Shown here piece by piece: positions 1 to 8,915 of a stretch of DNA of 64,000 nt. Within the stretch, counting starts at the first letter, position 1; each line of letters starts with the position of its first letter. Under the pieces are notes generated by a model that searched no databases, had not been told where the DNA came from, and worked only from the letters and a program-made list of their open reading frames with translations. The stretch is from the NCBI GenBank assembly GCA_015655215.1, contig JAATFL010000013.1, forward strand, positions 371 to 64,370. Reading direction: 5' to 3'. The position numbers were made by a program, and so were the translations under genes. This stretch comes from Coriobacteriia bacterium. Its GTDB lineage: Bacteria > Actinomycetota > Coriobacteriia > Coriobacteriales > RUG033.

Positions 1-177
1 TGGTGGATGCATATTTACCTATAACGGCGTAATGAGTGGATGTCATATGCCCCCCGTGCTCTTACAGTATCCCAGGCCAATAGATTATCTCATCCTGCAC
101 GACAGGACAACGTGCATGGAGAATGGCTGATAACCCTATTGGGGAAAGTCTGTCTGTGCAAGAGAGGGGATACGAAC

Positions 178-1731
178 ATGTCGGGAAAGAGATTGGGTAT
201 ATCACGGCGGGGATTCCTAGAAGGTGCATTGGCCGCTGGGACACTCACGGCACTCGCTTCCACCCTAGGGGGGTGCGGCAGCGCGGGGAGCACGGGGAAT
301 GGAGCGAACACAGAGGGTACGAGCTACACCCCGACCGAGACCATCGATGCAGATGTTGTTGTCGTGGGTTCGGGATCCTCTGGAATCTGCGCCACCGTTC
401 AGGCGGCAGAACTCGGTGCTCGGACCTACTGTCTTGAAAAGAACAGTTTCGTTGGAGGTAACGGCTTTGGTACCGAGGGGATCTTTGGATTGGGTACCTC
501 GGCACAGAAAGCCGCAGGTATCGAGGTTCCATCTTTTCGGACGATTATTGAAACGGATGCTGAGTACTTCAACTATCGCATCAACAGCCTTTTTTGGAAA
601 GACATGGTTGAAAACTCCGCGGACAACTATGAATGGCTTGTAAGCAATGGGGTGGAATTCTCAGGCGTGGTCGACAATTATCATGGCCTTGGGAAAGTAC
701 CTTGCTTCCATTGGTTCAAGGATGGAAAAGGGGAGAACTACATTACCCCGATGGTTGACAAGGCCCAGGAACTCGGAGCAACGATCATGATGTCGACTCC
801 TGTCGTAGACCTCGTGTTCACCGATGGAACGGTCACGGGTGTTTACGCGAAGCAGGAAGATGGTTCGATCATCCAAATCAACGCCAAGGGTGTGGTACTC
901 GCGAGCGGGGGTTACGCCAACAACGATGAGATGATGCTCGACCGTGGGTACGATTTAACCTACTCGATCAACCAAGGTTTTGCGGGTCATGATGGCGATG
1001 GTCTCACCATGGCAGTGGAAGCTGGCGGCAACGATGTCTCGCTTGGACGTTGTTTCCTGCGCGACCCGTATATATATGGGCTCAACTTCTTCCTGCCATT
1101 TAGCCAAGGTATCTGCCGTGGTGGCCCTTTGTTGTGGGTGAACCAGGATGCAGAGCGATACGTGAACGAGAACTGTGGGGCCATTACCTCCGGGAACAAC
1201 TCCAACGCCGTTCATTCCCAGAAACAGTCCTGGATGATTTTCGATGATGCACTCGCCTCGACCTTTGCACAGACGATCGATGGGTTCAGAGCCTCGCTTG
1301 CAGACGCGATCGCCTCGTGCCCAGGTGATAACATCTATCAGGCCGATGCGGTTGCGGGGCTTGCCACGGCCGTCGGTCTGGACCCCGATGCCCTCACGGC
1401 GACAGTCGAACGATATAACGAGCTGTGCCACGGCGGCATTGACGAAGACTTCAACAAGGAGGTGGACAAGATGGTTGTCCTGGAGACACCTCCTTACTAC
1501 ATTTTCCGCCAAGATCTGTCCTTTTGGACGTCCATCGGCGGGATAGACACCAATCGCAAGATGGAGGTGATCAATAAGCAAGGGGATACCGTCTCGGGTC
1601 TTTATGCGGTTGGTACCGATGGGTGTCAACTCTATCGTGAGACATATACCATGAACATTCCGGCCTCTTGCCAAGGTAACAACTGCAATTCAGGGCGTAC
1701 AGCAGCCAAAGAGATAGGTAGCATGTTGTAA
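178..1731 (+). CDS. Tat-exported FAD-dependent oxidoreductase, fumarate-reductase/flavocytochrome-c flavoprotein family (predicted lipoprotein)
   Basis: ORF 40..1731 trimmed to ATG 178, with SD-like agagagggga just upstream. Twin-arginine signal SRRGFLEG followed by lipobox-like LGGC. Dinucleotide fold DVVVVGSGSSG. Paralogous to five other ORFs in the window. Confidence 0.9.
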   Translation: MSGKRLGISRRGFLEGALAAGTLTALASTLGGCGSAGSTGNGANTEGTSYTPTETIDADVVVVGSGSSGICATVQAAELGARTYCLEKNSFVGGNGFGTEGIFGLGTSAQKAAGIEVPSFRTIIETDAEYFNYRINSLFWKDMVENSADNYEWLVSNGVEFSGVVDNYHGLGKVPCFHWFKDGKGENYITPMVDKAQELGATIMMSTPVVDLVFTDGTVTGVYAKQEDGSIIQINAKGVVLASGGYANNDEMMLDRGYDLTYSINQGFAGHDGDGLTMAVEAGGNDVSLGRCFLRDPYIYGLNFFLPFSQGICRGGPLLWVNQDAERYVNENCGAITSGNNSNAVHSQKQSWMIFDDALASTFAQTIDGFRASLADAIASCPGDNIYQADAVAGLATAVGLDPDALTATVERYNELCHGGIDEDFNKEVDKMVVLETPPYYIFRQDLSFWTSIGGIDTNRKMEVINKQGDTVSGLYAVGTDGCQLYRETYTMNIPASCQGNNCNSGRTAAKEIGSML

Positions 1732-1755
1732 CTCGACCATCGGTTGATTCGTGTG

Positions 1756-1812
1756 TCTCATCGAGAGTGCGCAAGGGGGGGGGATTTTACCGGAGGCGCA
1801 CTCTCGATGAGA
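1756..1812 (+). terminator. Perfect 17-bp inverted repeat (TCTCATCGAGAGTGCGC / GCGCACTCTCGATGAGA) with a 23-nt loop, 25 nt after the stop of the reductase gene
   Basis: Read directly from the sequence. No U-tract follows and the loop is large, so it could be a terminator or a protein-binding palindrome. Confidence 0.35.
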
Positions 1813-2439
1813 TCAGACAAAGGATGATCGCGAACGGTCCAGCAAGCTGCACTGCCTTTTAGTCCCTGTGCGTGCATGCCGCACCTGAAAGATATCGAGG
1901 GTTTCTCGACGCGAGGATGACAGGAATTCTAATTGCACCGATCGGGAAAAGTAGACAAGAATTATGGATTCCTGTTTAGGATACACGATTTAAAAACGTT
2001 CAGCCCGCAGTACTTCACTGAAAAGCAGCTTCCGAATATGGAGATTGCAACCTAAACTCTCAGTCGGTTTGCACACATGCAGACATCTCTTGAAATAGCC
2101 TTCTAGAAGCACCGAAGACCGACTGGATGATGTGCTCCAAACATGGAAGCACTCCCGTACCTTGTCCTTTGGCCATACATCATATTCCTATATAACCATA
2201 ATCGACGATGAGGATCGGGTGGTCGGTTCATCTTGCAATTACGTGATGCAGGCGCATAGATGTAGCCTATCATCCAGATCATCGCGGGAAACCACGTTGC
2301 CTGAAAACGCAAGTCTCCGTGTGACTTTGACTCGCAGAGGACAGTGTCCCTGATATATTTGCCAACTGATAAATACATTGCATAAGACTTTAGACATTTT
2401 CTGGGTATGAGCACAAACTCTGGTCCAAATCGAAGCTGA

Positions 2440-3468
2440 TTACAGCCTGCAGCCGCATTCTGGACAGAACTTGGCCTCCGGGTCCAGCTCTGCGCCACAG
2501 CTCGGGCAGTTGGCTCTTGTACTCATCCTCGTCCCGCACTCGGCGCAGAACCTCGCGGTCTCGTCATTGAGGGCATCGCACCGCGGGCACCTGACCTTAA
2601 CGGCCCTCTTGTTTCGGTCTTCGGGAGAGAAAGCGCCGGCAAGTGTCTGCCCGATGGCGAAGCTCGCCCCAAGACCGGCCAACCCGCCATCTTGCTGGGC
2701 GGCGTCGCGCAGGGCGCGTGCCGACTGGTACTGGACGAACGTATCCATGCTCTTGCTGGCCATGCCGATTCCGGACTGCTCGTCGATGAGCCTTGCGACC
2801 TCGTCGGGAAGCGAGATGTTCTCTATGATCACGCGGGTGAACTCGACGCCCAATGTCCGGGCAGTCTGGTTGACGTGTCCTTGCCCGGCCAAGCTGAGCT
2901 CGCGGTAGTTCGTCGCGAGGTCGATGGCAGCGATCTCGGACTTCGCGATGGTGACCGTGATGGCTTCGACGACCAGCGAGGTAAGGTATTCGACGATGTC
3001 ATAGGTCATGACCTTGCCCAGCGTACCGAAGACCTCGTGCATGAACGCCGTGGGGTCGGTGATGTGGAAGGCAAATGCGCCGAATGCACGGACCCGCACG
3101 AGTTTGAATTCCCTGTCGCGCAGTATGATGGGGTTCTTCGTCCCCCATTTACTGTCCATGAACTGCCTCAGGCAGACGAAGTACAGGTCGGCCTTGATGG
3201 GTGAGTTGAAGCCGTGCCCGACGGCCTTGAGCGATGAGAGCATCGGGATGTTGTCGGTGGTGAGGCGATGCGTTCCTGGAGGCAGGACGACCTTGAGCTC
3301 GCCTCCTTTGAGGAAGAGGGCGCACTGGCTCTCTCGAACGATCACCCGCGCGCCTTCCTTGATCTCGTTGCCAGGTCGTTCGTACTTATGGACGATGATC
3401 TTGCCACTGGGGTCGACGTACTCGACGACATCGACGATCTGGCTGCTGAGAAAGTTCCCAAGTCCCAT
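2440..3468 (-). CDS. SPFH/band-7 (YdjI-like) protein with C-terminal double zinc ribbon
   Basis: The N-terminus MGLGNFLSSQIVDVVEY resembles the YdjI-type start, so I chose ATG 3468. Alternative starts are ATG 3483 and TTG 3498. The C-terminus has CPRCDA..CAECG and CPSCGA..CPECG zinc ribbons. Confidence 0.85.
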   Translation of the reverse strand: MGLGNFLSSQIVDVVEYVDPSGKIIVHKYERPGNEIKEGARVIVRESQCALFLKGGELKVVLPPGTHRLTTDNIPMLSSLKAVGHGFNSPIKADLYFVCLRQFMDSKWGTKNPIILRDREFKLVRVRAFGAFAFHITDPTAFMHEVFGTLGKVMTYDIVEYLTSLVVEAITVTIAKSEIAAIDLATNYRELSLAGQGHVNQTARTLGVEFTRVIIENISLPDEVARLIDEQSGIGMASKSMDTFVQYQSARALRDAAQQDGGLAGLGASFAIGQTLAGAFSPEDRNKRAVKVRCPRCDALNDETARFCAECGTRMSTRANCPSCGAELDPEAKFCPECGCRL

Positions 3469-3511
3469 ATGACGACTTCCCATCTTGCTCGTTGCCAAGT
3501 GCGGCTGATGT

Positions 3512-3886
3512 CTATCGGAGAGAGAGCCCGTGGTTGTCGTTGAAGCTGCCTGTGGCGATCATGATGATGTCGACGATCCACCCTATCCCGAAGACACCCC
3601 AGGTGAGGAGCCAGATGATGCCCGTTCCCACCTTGCCAACGTAGAAGCGATGAATGCCGAAATATCCGAGGAAAATCGCCAGCAGAAGCGCGGTCGTCTT
3701 GCTCTTCGTGCTTTGCTGTGACGGGTAGTTGTTCACAACGACGGGCTGAGGCTGCGCGTAGGCTTGCGAGTAGTTAGGTTCAGGTGCTGGTGCATAGGTC
3801 GGCGTGGGCTGTGCAACCGATGCGCCACAGTATGCGCATTTGCCGTTCTCGATGGGCCCCCCGCAGTTTGGACATCTGTTGTCCAT
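3512..3886 (-). CDS. TM2-domain membrane protein with N-terminal zinc ribbon
   Basis: Strong SD (gaggaggagcc before the ATG). CPNCGG..CAYCG ribbon, P/Q-rich linker, then a TM2-like segment [28 protein letters not shown]. Confidence 0.85.
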   Translation of the reverse strand: MDNRCPNCGGPIENGKCAYCGASVAQPTPTYAPAPEPNYSQAYAQPQPVVVNNYPSQQSTKSKTTALLLAIFLGYFGIHRFYVGKVGTGIIWLLTWGVFGIGWIVDIIMIATGSFNDNHGLSLR

Positions 3887-4404
3887 GGCTCCTCCTCTGT
3901 CGTAGTTGTCTTATAGTAACCGTACGTATCAGTCTATTCAACGAGAATCAGCCAGGTCCAGAGTTTCGTTCGCACGATACGGGCCTTGCGCTGAGCTGTT
4001 GAATGGACGAAATGCGCTGGAGCCCCAAGATTCATCTCGATAATGTGAATGATATTGTGGGCCACTGGCCATCATGCGCAACGTGGCAGAGATGCAGAAT
4101 CCGCATAAGTGGTGGAGGACGAGGCAGCACCCCGGGAGTCCCTTCTCTATCCGTCGCGGTAAAGGCCCGTTGAGAAGCATCGGCTATTCGGTATCTATAC
4201 CGCATCGGGGACTTCAAATCCAGGGATCCTTCTTCTGGGGGCCTTTTCGGCTGAAACTCGATGCTAGAAGGTTCGGTGTTATAGGGGGAGAGGCAGTGCC
4301 CCGGCATGCAGCAGGGACCTATGCGTCTCTACGTAGGTCTCGAAATGTCATGCCAACTGTCACGTCCGTTTGAAGAATCAGCAGGAGTGTCATCCTGTCT
4401 TCGT

Positions 4405-4656
4405 CTAACCCTTCCAGTTCCACCAATCGGCCTTGCCCTCGGGTAGGATGCCGTCGTTGTCGGCGTAATGCACGGCGAGGCGGTAGACGTAGAGGACGCA
4501 GCGATCCACCTCGTGTCGTTGATGAGCGCAGTCCCTGAGGTATATCTCCTCGGGGTCCTGGCCCTTGAGCGACGCGATGGTCGTGTAGCCGATGTCCATG
4601 AGGTGCCGTGCCATGTCGGGACCGATGCCGGGGATCTGCTCCAGTTCTGATCTCAT
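4405..4656 (-). CDS. Small helix-hairpin-helix domain protein (Cdd1/pathogenicity-locus-like)
   Basis: HhH motif IPGIGPDMARHLMDIGY. The ATGA start/stop overlap with the upstream DUF1697 gene indicates translational coupling. Confidence 0.7.
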   Translation of the reverse strand: MRSELEQIPGIGPDMARHLMDIGYTTIASLKGQDPEEIYLRDCAHQRHEVDRCVLYVYRLAVHYADNDGILPEGKADWWNWKG

Positions 4657-5201
4657 AGCGACTCCATCTTTGCCAGGACCTTGGCAATGGTGTTGACGTT
4701 ACGACTGGTGAACTTGTCCTTCAGGTCCTTGCGACCGAGGGTCTTGGAGAAACCGGCGTCAAGGGTAGAGCCCTTCGGTACCTGCCAGAAGAAATAGCCG
4801 CCACTGCTCTTGGCCTCCTCCCCCTCGATGGGCACCACCTTGGCGAATTCTCCGTCCAGTTCTGCCTCGAAGCCCGGCTCGCAGATATAGACGTAGATAT
4901 GTCGGTCCGGGCTGGTGGGGAATGGCACTGCGGCGAGGATGGCTTCGACCTCCTCCCGGTTCTTGACGAACAGGTCGACTCCAAAGCCGTACTGCTCGCC
5001 GAGCACGTTCTGCAACAGTGCTTTAATCGCTGTTGCGGGCTGGTCGGAGGTGAATATGACGTTGCCCGATGCCTGCACGGTCACGACCCCTCGCATCTTG
5101 GCACCGATGAACGCCTCGCGCACGTCGGCCATCCTCATCGTCCTGCCGTTGACGTTGATGCCATGCAGGAACGCGCAGTAGGTTGCCGTCTGATCAGCCA
5201 T
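4653..5201 (-). CDS. DUF1697 family protein
   Basis: ORF 4653..5327 trimmed to the ATG at 5201, which follows SD GAGGAGGG. Family-typical N-terminus YCAFLHGINVNGRTMRMADV...SGNVIF. Confidence 0.8.
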   Translation of the reverse strand: MADQTATYCAFLHGINVNGRTMRMADVREAFIGAKMRGVVTVQASGNVIFTSDQPATAIKALLQNVLGEQYGFGVDLFVKNREEVEAILAAVPFPTSPDRHIYVYICEPGFEAELDGEFAKVVPIEGEEAKSSGGYFFWQVPKGSTLDAGFSKTLGRKDLKDKFTSRNVNTIAKVLAKMESL

Positions 5202-5345
5202 CAACCCTCCTCGTGAGTAGCCCTGAGGCAATCGCCCAAGGGCTGGCCATGTTAGCTGAGACCGGCAGGCGAGTGTCACGCGAACCGCTTGTCTCCCAAG
5301 TATCTCATGGGATCGCGTCGTCGCCAATGCGTTTGGCTCATCCTT

Positions 5346-6167
5346 TTAGAGAAAGAGGGCTTGGCAGGCTTCGGGACCGCGCGTTCCACGTCGATGGGGT
5401 TGGGAGTTGGGGTATCCGCGGATACCCGCATGAACTGCTTGCCGTCGTCCCATATCGTACCGCAAGGCACCCTTTGGGCAGCAGTCAACGCACCCGCCGC
5501 ATTGGATGCACTCGGCATCGGTAATCTGCCCGGCTTGCATCAGCTCCTCCACGTCGAGGCTCATGGGGCACTGCTTGGTGCATTTCCCGCACCGTATGCA
5601 GCTCTCGGGGTCAGTGGCGATATGCAGGCCGGGCAGATGGAGGCACTCGCCTGCCTTCATCCCTATGATCATGAACGGGGCCATCCAGCAGATGTCATGG
5701 CACATGGCGCGTCTGCCCGCGAACAGGTTGGGAATGAGGAACAGTGCGACGATCACGTAGTAGATGACCAGCGCGAAGACACTGGTGACGCTGATGCCGT
5801 TGTCCGTTTCGAAGAAAGGGTCCACCTCTCTCAAACCACCGGCAAGGAAAAAGCAGACGACGATGGAGGCGATCCATATCGCCCATATCACCCATTTGAT
5901 GTACTTCCGCCATCCCAATCTGGCAGGCTTGTCGTTGACCGTGAACGCCAGCTCCTGCAAACCTCCGGCGGGACAGAGATAGGCACACCAGGCACGTCCG
6001 AAGAAGACCGAGAACACCAGCATGAGCAGGAAGGTGATGGCGCTGCCACTGGCGATTCCCTCAAGGGCGCCCATGACGATCAGATAGGGCGAGAAGTAGA
6101 AGATCGTGATGGGGAAGAGGAGGAAGGCCATAATCAGCAGGAGGTTGCGCACACGTTGCCTGGTCAT
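5346..6167 (-). CDS. Polytopic membrane 4Fe-4S-binding protein (NapH/MauN-like architecture)
   Basis: Multiple hydrophobic helices. Membrane CxxCP-type motif WCAYLCPAG. C-terminal ferredoxin motifs CIRCGKCTKQCP and CIQCGGCVDCCP. ATGA overlap with the upstream TetR gene. Confidence 0.85.
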   Translation of the reverse strand: MTRQRVRNLLLIMAFLLFPITIFYFSPYLIVMGALEGIASGSAITFLLMLVFSVFFGRAWCAYLCPAGGLQELAFTVNDKPARLGWRKYIKWVIWAIWIASIVVCFFLAGGLREVDPFFETDNGISVTSVFALVIYYVIVALFLIPNLFAGRRAMCHDICWMAPFMIIGMKAGECLHLPGLHIATDPESCIRCGKCTKQCPMSLDVEELMQAGQITDAECIQCGGCVDCCPKGALRYDMGRRQAVHAGIRGYPNSQPHRRGTRGPEACQALFL

Positions 6168-6721
6168 CGTCCCTCGCTTTCATAGAATGCCCTGAATGCG
6201 GCATCCATGCGTATCTCGAGTTCCTCGTCACCGAACTCGGCCGCATCCACGGCGATGAGCGAGGCGATGCCGTGGGTGTAGATGATCATATTCAGATAGA
6301 GCTCGTGGGCTTTGTCGACAGAGAGGCCGCTTCGCTTCTGGATGAACTCCTCCACACCGTCCATCGAGACGCTGCGGTAGAGTTCCTCGAAGCTGTCCAC
6401 CTGCATGTGCGGCGAAAGATAGAGAAAGTGGAAGAGATGTTTCTCGTCTCGCGCCAGGGCAAGGTGGGCGCGGCCGTTCGATGCGAAGGGGTTGCTCCCC
6501 GCGACGTGCTCGCGGTTGTAGTTGGCCACCCATGCACGTGCGTGCTCGAAGAGCGCAGCCGCAAGGCCGGGCATGTCGCCAAAGAGACTGTAGAGAGGTT
6601 GCACCGAGCAGTTCGCCTGCCGTGCCACTGCCCGTGCCGTAAGCGCCGATTCCCCCTCCTCGCGCAAAAGGGCAAGCGCGGCGTCGAGGATCTCCGTTCT
6701 CGTGAGGCGCTGTTTGACCAT
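6164..6721 (-). CDS. TetR/AcrR family transcriptional regulator
   Basis: ATG 6721 follows SD AAGAGGAAGG. TetR HTH region ILDAALALLREEGESALTARAVARQANCSVQPLYSLF. Confidence 0.9.
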   Translation of the reverse strand: MVKQRLTRTEILDAALALLREEGESALTARAVARQANCSVQPLYSLFGDMPGLAAALFEHARAWVANYNREHVAGSNPFASNGRAHLALARDEKHLFHFLYLSPHMQVDSFEELYRSVSMDGVEEFIQKRSGLSVDKAHELYLNMIIYTHGIASLIAVDAAEFGDEELEIRMDAAFRAFYESEGR

Positions 6722-6740
6722 GGCCTTCCTCTTTCTCTGC

Positions 6741-6775
6741 AATATATCAAGTGTTATATAACGATTGTTATATTA
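6741..6775 (-). promoter_or_regulatory. AT-rich promoter/operator candidate for the TetR operon
   Basis: The perfect 10-bp palindrome GTTATATAAC (6753-6762) is repeated as GTTATATTA (6767-6775). A -10-like TATATT lies on the minus strand at 6741-6746, 20-55 nt upstream of the TetR ATG. Confidence 0.35.
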
Positions 6776-6846
6776 TCGGGAAAGAGGATGTTGTCAAGTA
6801 TCGGATTCACGGGACCAAAGTAAGAGAAATGGATATGAAGCGAGCT

Positions 6847-7578
6847 CTACTCCTCGATGTCACCGTCAGGGTTGGCGTTCCTCGGGTTCTCAAGTTCATG
6901 TATGTACCCTGCGGTGATGATTGAGGAAGGGAGTGCCACGATGGCGATGCCGACCAAGGATGAGACCATAGCCACCATCCTTCCTGCCCACGTGACGGGG
7001 TATATGTCCCCATACCCCACGGTGGTAAGCGAGATCACCGCCCAGTAGAAGGCATCGTATATGCTTCCAAATGTCTGCGGTTCGATATTGAAGACGATGA
7101 GGGCGGAACATGTGGTATAGGCGACGGCTAGAAGCAGTACCGTCGTGAGGGGTTTCCGCTCGTCTTCGAAGACCCTCGCGATGATGCGGATGCTCTTCGA
7201 ATAGCGCAGAAGCTTGAATACGCGAAGAACCCTTACCAGGCGTAAGAGCCTCATCAGCTTGAAGGCAGGGTTGATGAGCGAGAAGGCGGGAAGGATGGAT
7301 AGCAGGTCGATGATTGCCATCGGAGTGACCGGGTAGATCAGAAACGAGAGTGCTCCCTTGTGCAGTTTCAAGTCAGCCGTCATCAATCGCAGGATGTAGT
7401 CGACGACGAAGACCGTGACGCTCGCTCCCTCTATCCAGTCGAAGATCGGATAGGATTCCCTAAAGGCCAGGGGTAGCAGACTGGTGAGGATGATGATGAC
7501 CATGAAGTAACCGTACAGCTTGGCAGGCCCACTCGTCTCCCCGCGGGATTCGAGGACCCCGAACAGCCTCTTCCTCAT
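6847..7578 (-). CDS. Voltage-gated-type K+ channel (ion transport protein)
   Basis: ORF 6847..8211 trimmed to MRKRLF (ATG 7578). S4-like RLLRLVRVLRVFKLLR and the K+ selectivity filter TTVGYGD. The long N-terminal ORF extension is R/G-rich with no family features. Confidence 0.9.
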   Translation of the reverse strand: MRKRLFGVLESRGETSGPAKLYGYFMVIIILTSLLPLAFRESYPIFDWIEGASVTVFVVDYILRLMTADLKLHKGALSFLIYPVTPMAIIDLLSILPAFSLINPAFKLMRLLRLVRVLRVFKLLRYSKSIRIIARVFEDERKPLTTVLLLAVAYTTCSALIVFNIEPQTFGSIYDAFYWAVISLTTVGYGDIYPVTWAGRMVAMVSSLVGIAIVALPSSIITAGYIHELENPRNANPDGDIEE

Positions 7579-7838
7579 CGCATGCCTCTTTGTCTGATGG
7601 TTGGCCAACCCTGTCTGGATATGATAGCCCTTTGTGCCCGAGAAACGGCAACGTTGCCAATCTCGCGTGATGCCAGGCGGCTTCCATTGGCAGTGACCTC
7701 GCGCTAGCCGTTGCCTATTTCGGGAACGCCATCGCCCCACAGAGTAAGGTTTCAGCCACTCTACATATCGCCTGGGGAATGATGCAGTTGGACGAACTAT
7801 GCGCATGGGACATGCGTCGTCAATCCGATGCAAACGTC

Positions 7839-8543
7839 CTACAGGGGATGACTGTCCGGTTGGAGCTCCAACTTCTCCGAAGTATCCCTCGCGGTTGTCC
7901 CACGGAGGAAGTGCCGCTCGAATGGCTTCAACTTCCTTGTGAGGAACTTCGCGATGTTCCCGACCAGGAGAGCCGCCGCAACCGTGCCCTCCCTCACACC
8001 ATCCAAAGACCCGAAGAGATAGAACGAGATGGCAACCGCTATCAGGACCAGCGTCACGTCGAAGCGTACCTTCACCTTGCTGAAACCTTGATGGGTCACC
8101 TGCGCGATCGCGGCCACCATGCCCTCCCCGGACTGCAGGACGACGTTGGCGGTGAGCTCCATACTCACCCCAAGGGCGAGGGCAAGGCAACCCAGCAGTG
8201 CGAGCGCCCATTGCATGAGATAGGAACCCATGGTCAGTCCTGCGACGAGGGACGAGGAGACGTCGATGAAGAACCCGAGCAGGAACGTCGTTGCGACCTG
8301 TAGCAGCTGGATGGGCTTGTAGTCCCTCCGCAACAGGGCTATCTGGAGGAGGATGAAGGCGAAGTTCAACAGGATGGTGAACGTCCCCATGGTAAGCGGC
8401 AGGTCCAGACTCAGCACGTAGGGGATGCTCGAGATGGGCGAGGTCCCCAGGCCAGCCTTGGCCGACAGGGATATGCCGAAGGCCATCACAAACGTTCCGA
8501 GCACAAAGAACATATACCGCCTGAACAGTTCGGTTCTACTCAA
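7839..8543 (-). CDS. YczE/YitT-like integral membrane protein
   Basis: TTG start at 8543 lies 6 nt after AAGGAG. The N-terminus LFRRYMFFVLGTFVMAFGISLSAKAGLGTSPISSIPYVL is typical of the YczE-like family as I recall it. Several TM helices. Confidence 0.7.
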   Translation of the reverse strand: MSRTELFRRYMFFVLGTFVMAFGISLSAKAGLGTSPISSIPYVLSLDLPLTMGTFTILLNFAFILLQIALLRRDYKPIQLLQVATTFLLGFFIDVSSSLVAGLTMGSYLMQWALALLGCLALALGVSMELTANVVLQSGEGMVAAIAQVTHQGFSKVKVRFDVTLVLIAVAISFYLFGSLDGVREGTVAAALLVGNIAKFLTRKLKPFERHFLRGTTARDTSEKLELQPDSHPL

Positions 8544-8915
8544 ATTGATCTCCTTGACAATCAAGAAAGGGTGACGCCGACGCTGCGCGGAAGGGACCAT
8601 ATCTGGTCCCGATGCCATGTAGTGCAAGGCACCGTATGAAGGTTGCCGCGCCAGTCGATGAGATTAGGTATGCACCTATGGTAGTACTCATCGGCCGGTC
8701 CTTGCGGGGCTGGCAACCGGTTCAGTGGGTGAATGGGGTGCTGATGAGAATCTGGAATGAGCTGTCGTGCGACGGCAAGATGCGCATCTTTGACCCAACA
8801 TGATGTCTGCACACTTCGCGCTTGCTGGGACATACGTCAAGGTGCACAATGTAGCCATATACCCACGGCAATCGATATCCGGACAGGTCCGGAGCGCGGT
8901 TGGAGGACGACGAAC

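Noticed and set aside
2103-2498. 131-aa minus-strand ORF and 73-aa plus-strand ORF in the AT-richer spacer.
   Set aside because: Neither has an SD. The minus-strand ORF overlaps the 3' end of the SPFH gene, and neither shows a recognisable motif. They are kept only as part of the unexplained-spacer finding.
4105-4135. The minus strand reads ...GCCTCGTCCTCCACCA, resembling the CCA-terminated 3' end of a tmRNA or tRNA.
   Set aside because: No GGTTCGAnTCC-type T-arm precedes it. No complementary 5' acceptor half (GGAGGAC) is present at a tmRNA-compatible distance. The region where a 5' end would lie is inside the HhH coding sequence.
7579-8211. Long N-terminal ORF extensions. Examples: the K+ channel to 8211, sbcD to 14420, DUF1697 to 5327, the GyrI-like gene to 53039, RluA to 62800, the HD gene from 62247, and reductases and regulators from upstream alternative starts.
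   Set aside because: The extensions are R/G/P-rich, overlap neighbouring genes or promoters, and lack SD sequences. Internal Met codons with strong SDs coincide with the canonical N-termini of the respective families.
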